NCBI GenBank assembly: GCA_964658305.1
Contig: OZ210886.1
Span: 806,001 to 870,000 of the forward strand
Reading direction: 5' to 3'
DNA from: Leptogorgia sarmentosa
Lineage: Eukaryota
Length of the DNA: 64,000 bases
Numbering within the stretch: the stretch's first letter is position 1; each line of letters begins with the position of its first letter. This document shows positions 1-12,500 of this stretch, piece by piece. The notes beneath the pieces are model-generated. The model did not search any database. It worked only from the letters and a program-made list of their open reading frames with translations, and was not told the origin of the DNA. The translations under genes were made by a program, and so were the position numbers.

Positions 1-220
1 CGTCCCACTCCCTCGGATGTGTGGCTAAAATAGGATATGCCATACTGAAATGTTAGGGCCTTGCAATATTTTACCTTTGGGTACCTTTAAGTACTGTATG
101 TTTCTAATGGCTCCTCGATTATAGATAGTTTCCAAATTGCACTGAGTTTTACTCGGAAGTTGTTGTACAAGTTATAGCCAACAAGGACATTGCATTCATT
201 CACGGCAACATTTTATGTAG

Positions 221-1135
221 GTGTATACTGGATTGATCCTAACTTGGGTAGCTATGGAGACGCCTTCCAAGTCAGCTGTAACTTCACTTCGCGAGAAAAT
301 TGCATTAAGTCTCGCAATTCCATGAAAATGAACAACAATGAAAACGTAAGTAAAACTATTAAAACTGAGGTGAAAACCAAGTCATTCACTCTCATTTTGA
401 GTTACTTGCTGAAGAATTCTCTTTCAAATGATCAAATTATTGAACTCATATTGTAAATATGGAACATTTCATGAATTTCAGCTAATTTCTACTTCCATTT
501 ATACGTTTTCTGCCACCAAAGCTAAACCATTCACTAGCGGTCTTCGCACTGTATTTGCAATGAAACTATATAAACTTTCTAATATTGAATAATTTTATTT
601 AAGTTCAAGTATCCTGATGAAGTTCAAATGAATTTCCTCCGATTATTAACCATTTCTGCTCACCAACAAATAACCTATCGCTGCAAAAACTCCATGGCTA
701 TAGATGACAAACAAAATTCTGTTGACTTGATTGGATACAATTACGATGCTATGAATATGAAGAGTTCAGAAGATTCACGATACACACTCACAACTATCCT
801 AGATGACTGCAAGGTATGCTTAAGTAGCGCTTTTAGTCAAATTGTAATAAAGTAAATAGCTTCGTTGTGTTTTTTTCCTGGTAGTCGTTATTTGTTATGT
901 CTACTGGCTTAACTAATTAAAGAACGCGTGTTATTGCAAAGAAAATGATTTGATGGTCCAACACTTTCAAATTATTATTTTGTTTTAGAAACTTGACGGC
1001 AAATGGCATAAGACGATATTTGAAGTAAAAACGGAGGAAAAACAGCGATTACCGATTATCAACGTAACACCATTTGACACAGGTTCAAACAAAGAGTACA
1101 AGGTTGAAGTTGGAGATGTATGCTTTGTATGGTAA
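221..1135 (+). CDS. Fibrillar collagen paralog 1, last three coding exons (COLFI C-propeptide); 5' part lies outside the window
   Basis: GT-AG exons 221-345 (GVYWIDPNLGSYGDAFQVSCNFTSRENCIK), 604-813 ([27 protein letters not shown]) and 989-1135 ([31 protein letters not shown]). Phases are compatible and the COLFI motifs are classic. Confidence 0.95.
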
Positions 1136-1707
1136 AGAACACAATATGAACAAGGAGCCTGCCGAACAACGGAAAAAATAAATGTAGACGTGAAAACGCA
1201 GGCTAGGGGAATTACATCTTATTAGTTGAATAAATATAACAGCTAAATCGATATTCTCTGTACATTTCAGTGTGTGTAGAATTGTTAAAAATATAAATTG
1301 TTTTGTCTTTGTTCGTTGCCGGTGATTAACACCAATACTGTCTGAAGTAATCGTGGCAGGCGGTACATATATTAATATTAGAATTCCAAAGTTAGTTAAT
1401 ATCATTGAAATTTAAAATATATTTTTTCACTTAAATAGAATTTATGTATACTAGTAGTTGGTGTAGTTTTGACTGTCTAATACTGCGGTGATGGTAAGCA
1501 ATGAAAATTCAGGGAAGGATGAGTTTTATCTTGTACTATACCATGCATCATGTGGTATATGACCACAACTGTGCTGGATCGTAGGTAAGCAATGCCAGAA
1601 ATTTCGCTTGATGTAAGTGAGTGTGCAATGAATTGGAGTATCTTTAAACGTCGAATTTTTGTCGTGTCGAATGCAATTAAAACTTGAAAATAGGGAAAAT
1701 TCATGGC

Positions 1708-1883
1708 CACAGCTTGAAAGAGCATCCTAAATTTAGTAAAATGGCAAAGTTTGGTTGCGAAATGTTGTAAATCCGCGCGTTATACAAAAAAATTTGCCAG
1801 CTTTGCAAGCTTTTCTTACTTTACAATATTTCGTAACCAAACGTTGCAGTTTTATTAAATTTAGGATGCTCTTTCAATCTGTG
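1708..1883. repeat. Imperfect inverted-repeat (MITE-like) element; related fragments near 12060-12120, 20600-20650 and 44470-44590
   Basis: cacagcttgaaagagcatcctaaattt... pairs with ...aaatttaggatgctctttcaatctgtg, with arms of about 60 bp. Confidence 0.6.
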
Positions 1884-3538
1884 ATGAAAGAATTTCTTAT
1901 TTCAAAATGATTTGAAATTTGGTCTAAGGTTAGAGGTCCGAATCGCGACGGAAAGCACTGTTTTCTCCCTCGATCACAAACTGCAATAGGTTAGATTTGT
2001 AGATAGATTAAATCAACTCTTTATTATATAGACAAGTAGGTGATCACAGTAAATTACCAAAATATACTTCGGAGCCCACAACACTACATTTGGAAAGGAC
2101 AGTCGAGCATTTAGTTTATTATCCAAGCAAATTCACGTGACTTTTTGCCCAAATGACGGGCAATTGAATAACTTGTACACGTATTTTTTCAGTATCTAAG
2201 GGCTTGAAGCAAGATAAAATGATGGTAACATAGGACTTCAAATGTCTTTAAAATGTCTGCAATGGATCCACTTTCGTCCTAATTGCCCGTCAACTGGAAT
2301 TCCAAATTTACGCCATTGCAAACACAATCGAGCATAACGTTTTGTCAGATACAAAAATGCCGACGCGGCAGTGATTTCCGTTGTTTTTTTCTTGATGGAT
2401 TCTCCATGAATTTTCTAATGCTGTAAAGCAGACTTTTATGACATGAAAGTGTGGGACAGACAGGAACCTCTCATTGAACCCCAGTTAACTGAACATATAA
2501 ACAGCCCCATATTTCTTGTTTGACACACAAAAAGTGGTGGTCAGGCCGGCAACCCTGCTACGCCCATCATATACTGTGTAATTCTCCTGCTTTGGATTCC
2601 CCCATAGAGATCCCTGCGGCGATTTCCCCATGTCAATGTAATTATAAAAGGAGAAGTAGTGGCGGCAAGTGCGTGGTATCCCATACTTAGGCGGGTGGTA
2701 ATGGTTATTCAACTTGTGAGATGGAACAGAAATTGTGGTGAAAATGGCGCAATGACGCATAAAGCCGTAGCGTGTATTTGCCAATGGCCGGTTTATCTTT
2801 GTGAACTATCATCACAGTCTCGAGGGTAGAAGTGTGCAAATACTATAGATCATAGATTTTGAGAAAAGCAAATAGACCATGCAGGCATATTCATCTTTCT
2901 AGCAAGGGGAACTCAAGGCATTATAATTAGGATTATTAAAGATCCCGGTCAGGATCCTAACCCTGTTTCCTAGGAAACGGGGTGTAAAAGCGGCAAACTT
3001 GAAAGTCATTGATATACGGGCTCCTCGGTGCGAATTACGACTAATGCATTTTCATCAACTACGCATTGAGAGCTAGGCTCTTTACATCGGTTTTGACTCT
3101 AGTTACTGCCGGTTCTGCCACAAACATTTCTACCTTTCTCTGGCTGTGGCTGGAGGGCGTTAAAGTCCAGTTGGTGTCTTGGTGCATTAATAGTATTGAA
3201 TGATAAACATATTCCTTTGTTCATGTAATACTGTATAGTTATCTGATTGAATCTTCACGAAATTTTCTCCAAACGACTTACCGGCCGTTTGCACCGTTAA
3301 TAATTGCTGATTATTTTATAGCGATTAACTTATCACAAGGTCACGGCGTGACGCTTGCAGCTCAAATTGCGCCTGTGTGCGAGGCTGGTCGACGAGCTCA
3401 TCTCAGCGTTCTTGTCACGCACAAGAAGTCTTGTCCCCGAAACCTGGTCGCTAGTCGTTCCTTCAGCGCGTTGCCTTTTTATCAAAAAGAGACAAAGGAA
3501 ATTAATTCATTTGAGGAGCAGTTTGGCTTCCAGTGCCA

Positions 3539-6500
3539 ATGATGATGAGAATTCTTTGTACTGTGTTAATACTGGCATTAGCCGTGTCATCAGTAATATC
3601 GCAAGCTGGTAAGACATGTTGCTTAATTTATACTATTTTCACTTGTTCTCTATTAATTCATTCTTGCTGTTTGCTATTATTTTCCTTGCTGGATTGTTTT
3701 GTTTTCTGAATTATTTCTTTGAACCACGCTTTGATTCAATCATACAGGTATTGGGATTATAATAAGAGCGCAGTGAATTTAATAGAACATTGCTGTGATA
3801 AATATTTACAACAATTATCGATGAAGTAATAACTGTATTTCAAGCAGATGCTGCAAGGAAAATATGGCTTGAGGATGGTTTAAGGAGGCATGCACGTGCC
3901 ATGTTCATTACATTCATTGTACATTCGAATTCTGCGCAAGAAATTCAAGCTTTTCGTATAAGAACCGTATTATATTGAAGCATGTTAATACATGAAAACA
4001 TGCACCCGCTTTGCATAATGCGTCGATTTAAAAGCATATTTAAAAAGCGGTATTATAAAAGTGTTCATGTATATTTGGCGCGGTTATGAATGAGTCCTTG
4101 TTCACTTGTTATGGTTTCCATAATTCTATTCACAGGTGGTATTTCCTATCGGATTTTCACTTGTCAACTGCTTTATGTTACTTTAACCCTTTATATTTAG
4201 TAAGTTATCAATGTTATGATATTAAAAAATGAAATTATCTTAAAGGCTATTCTGTTCTCATTTACTTGATATTAAAAGTGTGTTTAAAGTTAATGATTTC
4301 ATGCGTGTACCGCCCGCCGCCTGATGTAGGCGACAGGGTTCATTGACCCCGGAGCAACCCTGAGCTGGAGTTTGGTATGTGTTTTATAAAAAACATATAA
4401 AAATTTCACATTAGCGTTTTAGTGAAACGACTCGTGCAATATATTGCACGACTTTTTTCGTTTCAAAACGGTTAGGGTTCTCTTTATCGGGTTCTTATTT
4501 GTGTCTTCAATATAAAACTTCCCTTGTCTTGTTCACAGATAATCGCCGCATCTTTGCGTGCTTGGTATTAAATTACACGTATTATATGTTTAATTATTCT
4601 CGATTCATTACAATTAGATGACATTTAACTTCTGTATTAAACTAACTAAAATTTCAGTCGCCTGGCCTTTTTGTGTAAACTGACAAAGATGCATTTTATT
4701 AGAAAATCTATTCCGTTTAAACCTCACGGATCTAAAAAACAATTAGTGAAAAATTCTCGAAATGATGATGCAAAGTTTCTACTGCGCATGTGCGATAAAT
4801 TTTGACAGATACCTGGATGACAAAAACGTGCTACAGTGAAATAACGATTTATTGTATTGCATTGTAGTTCGGTCGAAGACGACAGTGACTCTGGAAAAGT
4901 CTAATCCGCAGATGTTTTAAATATTATGAGGCATTGATGTACCAATTAATACTGTCTACAATACATTTCTGTATCCCAAACATGGTACAAGTGCAAAATT
5001 AAGAAATGGTATCAAGAGATCATTATTGGGGTATCAAATGTCATAGTGTGACTTGGGAACTAATGCAAATGTTATCTTGTGTGTTCATGCTTGGTAACGC
5101 TCAATCACACCATACACCACAATGATTGTTACTCCCATACATGGTGTCTAAAAAACGGAACCTGCATACATAATTATGTATTTATTAAAAACGAAATCGC
5201 TTTGTTGTATCACAGTCTTTTTATCCAGTTTTGCTTTTACTTATACTGTACACAAAATATGAAATCCCAGAGGCACAGAAATATCAAGTTCATGAGACAA
5301 ATGTGAATAATAATTACATATTGTGAATGAAAATTTCATCGAATAATAATACCAAGCTATAAGGTACACTAGCAGCATATTGTGAACAATGACTCCTCAC
5401 TATAGCACCTATGAATCTTTCCTAGCGAAATCATGAGTAACTAAACAGTATAAGGCCCGTTTTAGACGTCGAATTTTCGTCGCGTCGAATGCAATTCAAA
5501 CAATAGTGCTGAGTATCTCATTAACTATTGTTTGAATTGCATTCGGTGCGACGGAAACTCGACGTCTAATGCCGTTTCATACGTCGAATTTTGGTCGCAT
5601 TTCGAACAATAGTTAATGAAGTTAGTCATCGCATTATCCATTGTTTGAATTGCATTCGGTGCGACCAAAATTCGATGTAAGTAGTAATGTATAGGCGCTA
5701 TATAAATATTTTCTTCCACAGGTTCAAAAGCTGGTCCAATTGATTTGGTGTTTGGTGTTCCATCTACGACTGCACTTGGCTCTAGGAGTTTTGAAAGTTT
5801 CAAACGTTTTGTCAAGACAGTAACGAGCTCATACCCATTATCTGGCCAAGATACAAACGTTGGTATTATTAAATATGGTAGCCGGCCTGAGGTTGTTTTA
5901 CGATTATCTCAAGGAACATCTACACAAGCAGTGAATCGGGGACTTGATCGTATGACATATAGCTCTGGTGTGCAGAATGTTCCCGAAGCCCTGAAGTTTG
6001 CAGGCTCTGACATGTTTACTTCAGCTAGGCCAGGATCCAGCAGGTATTTCGTTTTTGGTGCTGGCTCAGAATCCAACACAGAGGAAGCGTTGAAAAGTGC
6101 TGCAAAGCAACTTCGGTATCAAGGTGTTTCTATCATGCCTGTCCCAATTGGAGTTGCGAGACCTGAGAGATCGCCATTGAAGTCCGTAGCAAGTATTCCA
6201 CAAAATGATTTTTATCGGCCGGCCGCAGATACATCATCTCTTGAAAACGACCTCCCAGCTCAGGCTGTTTCTTCTATAGTTCCAGGTGAGAATTGAGAAA
6301 AACATTGTTATCGGCCAACCTAACCGTAGCTTTTCTAAGAATTCTTGCACAGGTCAGCTCATAAATAGGACAACGAATATACCAGTCATACCACCAAAAC
6401 CGTAATGCGACGCGCTACAAATTACGAGAGTCGACTATCAAACCGTGAACATCTTAAAGACACAACTCACAACACAGAAGATCTTTCCTACAGAATGAAT

Positions 6501-9500
6501 GAAAAAACCCTGATTGGCGTAAGGAAAATACCCCCGTGTGCGGCAAAATTTTGAGAGACCGTTTTCGTCACGTTTGCCAAAAATATTTCAAAATTTATCC
6601 GCACACGGGAGCATTTTGCTTATGCGAATATAGGCAAGAGTGACTGTCAGCTCAGCAGATAGCCCTCGTGTGCGGCAGGCTATACATTGGCCAACTATCG
6701 ATTAACATTTTACATGTAATATTCTCATAGCATGTAATTTTTGTTACTCTACAGGACTAACCCGGACGTATAAACAAGGTGGCAAGATGGACATTTTACT
6801 CGGTATTCCCGACGGAGATGTGACAAGGGACTCTTTTTCACAAATTAAATCTTTTGCTCGGCAGTTTACTAAGGGATTAAAACTTGGAAATAATGATATC
6901 CGTATGGGTGTGTTTAGTTATGGTGATAGCGGAAAGACTGTGACGGAAATTAGAAACGGTATTTCAAGCTCAACTATAGAAACTGCTATTCAAAGTTTAA
7001 GTCATGGTGGTGGTGGCAATCGTAAAGGTGAAGCTATTCTACATGCTTCGCGAATGTTTGGTCTGAGCCCTCGTTCTGGTGTTAGCAAATCTGTCGTTCT
7101 TTTAACAAATGGCAGATCAACAGGATCGAGTGACTTGTCTACTATAAAGGAATCATATCCTGAAATGGACATCTATCCTGTAGCGGTTGAGTCCAGCGCA
7201 CGAGCAGATGGTGCAAAGCTCTCTGCCGAATACTCCTATTATGGCAGTTTTTCTGACTTGGTATCATCAGGACCATTTGAGATAACTAGCAAAGTTTTTG
7301 CAGCTGGATCTAGCACTGGAACTACTGTCACTGGTAATTTCAAAATCCTTTTCAATCTTGTACCGATTGCAATTTAATATGCATAAAGCATAAAAAAGTG
7401 TGAATTGAGAACAATCCAAATGAAATTTATACAATAACTATCAATAAAACAACATTAACTTTCGCCTCAGACAGACTCCTAGGAAATAACCTTTCCGCTA
7501 TTATTCACCCGAGATTTCGCCTAGTAGGGCTGAAATTTTCTCATATAAATGCTTTGGAGAGGACTGACCTTTCCTGTAGGGCTGAGTAGTGAGTTGAACT
7601 ACCTGAGTTTAACATCGTAAAACACCATCACCACAATATGCTCTAGCCTTTTTCCGTCTTTGAAATTATGCATCTACTGTATATTGTGTAGTGTGTATAG
7701 CTTCAACATTTGTGACAGCAAGTTGCCGTAATGTGGCAGATCAGACAACTAGCTTCTCTAGGGCTAGCTTTTCTACTTCAATTTTTATTGGTATATGAGA
7801 TTTTTACGTTTTATTTTAAAGGAAAAGGAATGAAAGGACAAAAGGGGGAACCGGTACTGTACATTATTGCATTGCATTTTATGAATAATGAATATTGATA
7901 TATTATAATGAATAAGAGCCGTGTTGACAGGCTGTATAAAAACAAACGATTTCAAAAGAAACGTATTGGGCAGAACACGAATATATGCCCAATATTAACG
8001 TGCACGAAAAAATTTCCCGCTGCTCGTAAAAGTTTTTTAATTAGTGTTGTCCTTTATATTTGTTGTGGTATATTATAAAAAGAAACTTTCCGTGTTGATA
8101 TTTAGTTATATCACTATTTAGTTACAGCACTTGTGAAAATTGGTGTTGATATAACTCTATATCAACACGGAAAATGTTTTATATTTCTTAAAAAATTGCG
8201 CTGTTGTTCATAATCGTTAACATTTGTTTAAGTCAGGAGAAACTGTTTTGAGATCTATTCACCAAATGTTTTATCTTTTTCCAGGGTGGCGCAGGCTTTC
8301 CTGGACGAACTGGCAGTCAGGGTGACCGTGGTGGAAGGGTGAGCTTTGTTAAATGATGCAAAGGAAGGGTACCGTTACTCGAAATAGGGTCATTTTAATC
8401 AATCTGTTTTTACAGTGCTCTTCGACAATTTCATTTTTTCTCGTCTGGATTTGTCTGTATGAAAAATTAGTCTATAATGGGAATTGTCTTAAATTCAACG
8501 AAACGACGTTGGCTTAATGTGTTATCTAGGGTCCCAGTGGTGGAAGGGGTCCGGCAGGTGATAAAGGGGATGAAGGTCGTCCAGGTCCAGCTGGTCCCGG
8601 TGGCTTTATCACGACTAGTGTAAGTATCACCATCTTTTGCTAGTATATACTGTTTATTATCCATGCACAATTCAGCACATTACCATTGAAATAGAATAAA
8701 AGTTTACCTGATATCGTGCTATTTGTAGGGTTTTGTTTACAGTTTTAATTGTTTACAGCCCGTACCACAGGAATATTGCCGGTCCTTCCTACTGCATGTT
8801 CAACTGTTGTTATCTTAAATGTGGTATATGCTTTTTTGATATTTTTTTCCATTTTAGCCCGATTCACGCGGTAAAGGCCCTGGACCAAATCAGTATCTCT
8901 ATATTCCAGGTCCGCCTGGTCCAGAAGTAAGTATTGAATATCTGCACTTACCAGCTGAGAACATGGATTTAAATCTGACTGCGATGTCACAAATACAACA
9001 AATATAGTTTGCAGTCTTTTTAATTTTTCCGATAATTTCCGTACACGTGACGTCTAGCGCAAAATTATCAAAACAATATTATAGGTCCTATTTATTTTTA
9101 AGGCCTAGGTCAAGGTATTCTTGTGCCGAACCTAATGTTAATGAGCCAAGTTCTTTGTTTGAGCTTAATTGCATTAGGTTCGGCGCATGAAAATTCGACG
9201 TTTGACCTAGGCCTAATTTGACTGTTTTTCAATAAATTTAAAGCTGGGTTACAGTCGCTTCTGCGCATGTCTCAAATGTGTACACATTTTGTAAACATCG
9301 CCATATAATAACATTGCGTAATTCAGAAAGATGGCTGACACAGGGGAGTGCCAAATTGCAATTGTTTTACGCTACAGCAAAGTTGATAGTTTTCAACCGA
9401 TTCCACCGACCGATAACATTATTCAGGAACACTTTCGATGCATACCTTTTCGCGAAATATTCTTTGCGACCTTCTTGTTGAGTTTGGCGACCAGGATTTG

Positions 9501-12500
9501 AAGGATTTGCCTTCGAAGCTCTTGGACTTGAAGTAGATGGCCGCGAGTCGGCGATTGTCAACTTTGCTGTAGCGTGTTGAATTAATATGTGTATTTGTAT
9601 TTATATGCGACATGATATTTGATACCAACAGCTTACTTATGGGGAGTTCATATCACTTTGTATAATTTAATTTCGCCACACAAATCCTTCACGTTTAGTT
9701 TACCCGGGATGATACTACTATGCACTATGCAATGCAGCTTCGTACGCATTAGGTAACTCGGTTTATATTTGATTTTGAAACATTTTCATCACGAAATAAT
9801 TCATAGAAGCACACTTTTTAATACATATTTTTTAGATATAGAGTTCTTTTTACCGCGTTTCTTGCTTTGATGTGAATATATAGGCGAGCTAAAAACAATT
9901 GCAATTTGGCACTCCCCTGCGTCAGCCATCTTTCTGAATTACGCAATGTTATTATATGGCAATGTTTACAAAATGTGTACACATTTGAGACATGCGCAGA
10001 AGCGACTGTAACCCAGCTTTAATAAAAAATTGCTGAATTCAAGACAATTTTTTATCCTGCTGATTAGATCATAGGCAGCCCAGTGATCTGGGGTTTTATT
10101 ATGTTAACTAAGGTTGAATAGGGCTATTTCATCATCCTTAGTTGTTTATATGCGTGCGCCGACAATACGGTCACTCGCGTATGTAATTAATAGTTATAAC
10201 AATTATTATAACTATTAATTACATACGCGAGTGACCGTATTGTCGGCGCACGCATATAAACAACTCAGGATGATGAAATAGCCCTATTCAACCTTAGTTA
10301 ACATAATAAAACCCCAGATCACTGGGCTGCCTATGATTAGATAGGCAGAATATCAACTCTTCATTTTCTTTCATCCATTATTGTACTTTTTAGGGTCCAC
10401 CTGGTCCCCCAGGACAATCTGGACAACCTGGACGAGAGGTATTGTATCTTTACTGGCCCGACTAGCTTATCAAGACGAAGAATTTCTATTTGTTCGCACT
10501 ATTTTGGATTGCATTCGATTCGACCAAAATTCGACATATGAAACGGGCTTTGGAATAATTTGTTTCTCATTTAGGGAAGTCGAGGCGACCCTGGTACACC
10601 TGGACAACAAGGTCCCGCTGGAGAACCTGTATGTATTGTTTTAATATAATAATCCAAGTTTGAAACGGATCCAATCTCAAAGTATCGACGTATGGACACC
10701 CCATATTGAGTAATGGGACGATACCAGAGTTTAGATACGAGATTGAGGACTCAGTTTATCGGGATTTCAAAGTCTCCAAGTGCTTTTGAGAACAAAATTA
10801 GCTGTATGCACGCAGTTACAAAATATAAAAAAGAAATGGTGAAATAGCTGAGTTTATTTGCTGTAATATATCTGAAATAAATAGTTTCAGCCAAGACTGG
10901 TTCCCAAAGGCAGATTCAGATTATAACGTCATATGCAAACAAAGAATACGCCGTTTAAATGTTTGCTTATATTTTTTTCCTAAACTTCAATCTAGGGTCA
11001 ATCAGGTCTTAAAGGAGTGAGAGGTCGCGATGGAACACCTGGGGAAAGGGTATGTATAATTAGGCCTTTTGTTTTCATCACAGGTTTTTGGAAACAACGC
11101 CAATTTCTTAGAAAATTATAATCATATGCTTGACGCAGCAAACGATGAAAATATATCTCATGCTGCAGGCAGACCGGACGCGATTTTTCAGTTTTTAGTC
11201 GTTCAAGCCTTATGCTTGATTCCCTAAATGAAAGAAGTTAATTGCTATTCCTGATTAAAAAAAAACTGTTGAGATATTTTAGTCTAAATATCACACATGT
11301 GACAACAAATGTATTGTAATAAATATTTTTAAAATAGGGCACTGATGGACAACCAGGTACTAATGGAGAAGAAGGTAGACCAGGACCACCGGTACGATAT
11401 GCTTACGATTTTTAGAGAACTCAAACTGCTATATATACAGGGTGTCCCAAAAAAAAGTGACCTCTATAGAAATCACTCTTTTGTTGTTAATCTCGGTTTA
11501 TTGCACCTCTGGAAATTGAAATTAGCTTCTGACGAACAGCAACAAAAGCGCGTGCTGTTATAAATACTTCTGTCGTTCATGAACCATTCAATTATATTCT
11601 CAAAGGCATAGGAACGCACGTTTAAAAACAAAAGAACTGATTTCGATAGAGGTCACTTTTTTGGGACACCCTGTATATATGCAATTAAAGCCGGCTTTCT
11701 ACTGGGGCCATTCCACTATTAGGCAAATTTCAAATTGCACGTTTGAAAAAATCATCCCCAAGACATTGACATAACACGTAATGTCTGGGTGGAATTTGGG
11801 TGATATCTGGCGTTTGGTTTTGAAAGGTTCGCTTATGATATTTCAGGGACCAAATGGAGCACAAGGCCAACAAGGCATACAGGGATCAAAAGGAGATCGC
11901 GTAAGAAAGTGTTATAATACCAGGATGTTACTTGTTTCTATCAGTTTTACTAAAATTCATTTCATTTTAGGGTCAAACTGGGCTGGCTGGTGATCCAGGA
12001 GAGTCAGGATTACCTGGGGATAATGTAAGTAGAGTAATAGAAATCACACACGAGATTTTGTGGCAAAAGTTCACAGTATTACTAAATTTAAGAGGCTCTT
12101 TCCAGCTATGCTAATAATTTTCAGTAGAAACCATATTCTTAGATTGGCGTATTCCAGCAATCAATGTTACTGCCGCACAGATATTAGTTTACAAATTATT
12201 TTTCGTTTAGGGTGAACCTGGTGAAGCTGGAAACGACGGAAGAGATGGAATGCCCGTAAGTTCAATTTTTTTCAAAAAATTCCTGTGCTGTGTCTTCAAA
12301 CCTCAACCTTATTTTCCAGGTGCATTTTGCATGAGCATTGGAATACGTAGGCTGTGATTTTCCAATACAAAATACGTATTACCATACAAGCAGAAGATAT
12401 GAATATTTCCTCAACGACACTAGCGACTACCAACTCAAACCTGAATGGCGAACTTTGACTGATATTTAACAATTATACAATGGCTGAGTAGCCAATCAGA

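Noticed and set aside
2040..3000. GC-richer intergenic stretch with a 99-aa minus-strand ORF between the collagen genes
   Set aside because: It looks like a repeat remnant, but I could not define termini, a TSD or a protein family.
3348..3612. Listed ORFs 3348-3542 and 3355-3612 as genes
   Set aside because: The real coding part is the signal-peptide exon 3539-3608 in another frame; the rest is probably 5' UTR.
9367..9628. Transposase remnant inside the TTAA element
   Set aside because: The short ORFs show no recognisable DDE or THAP motif.
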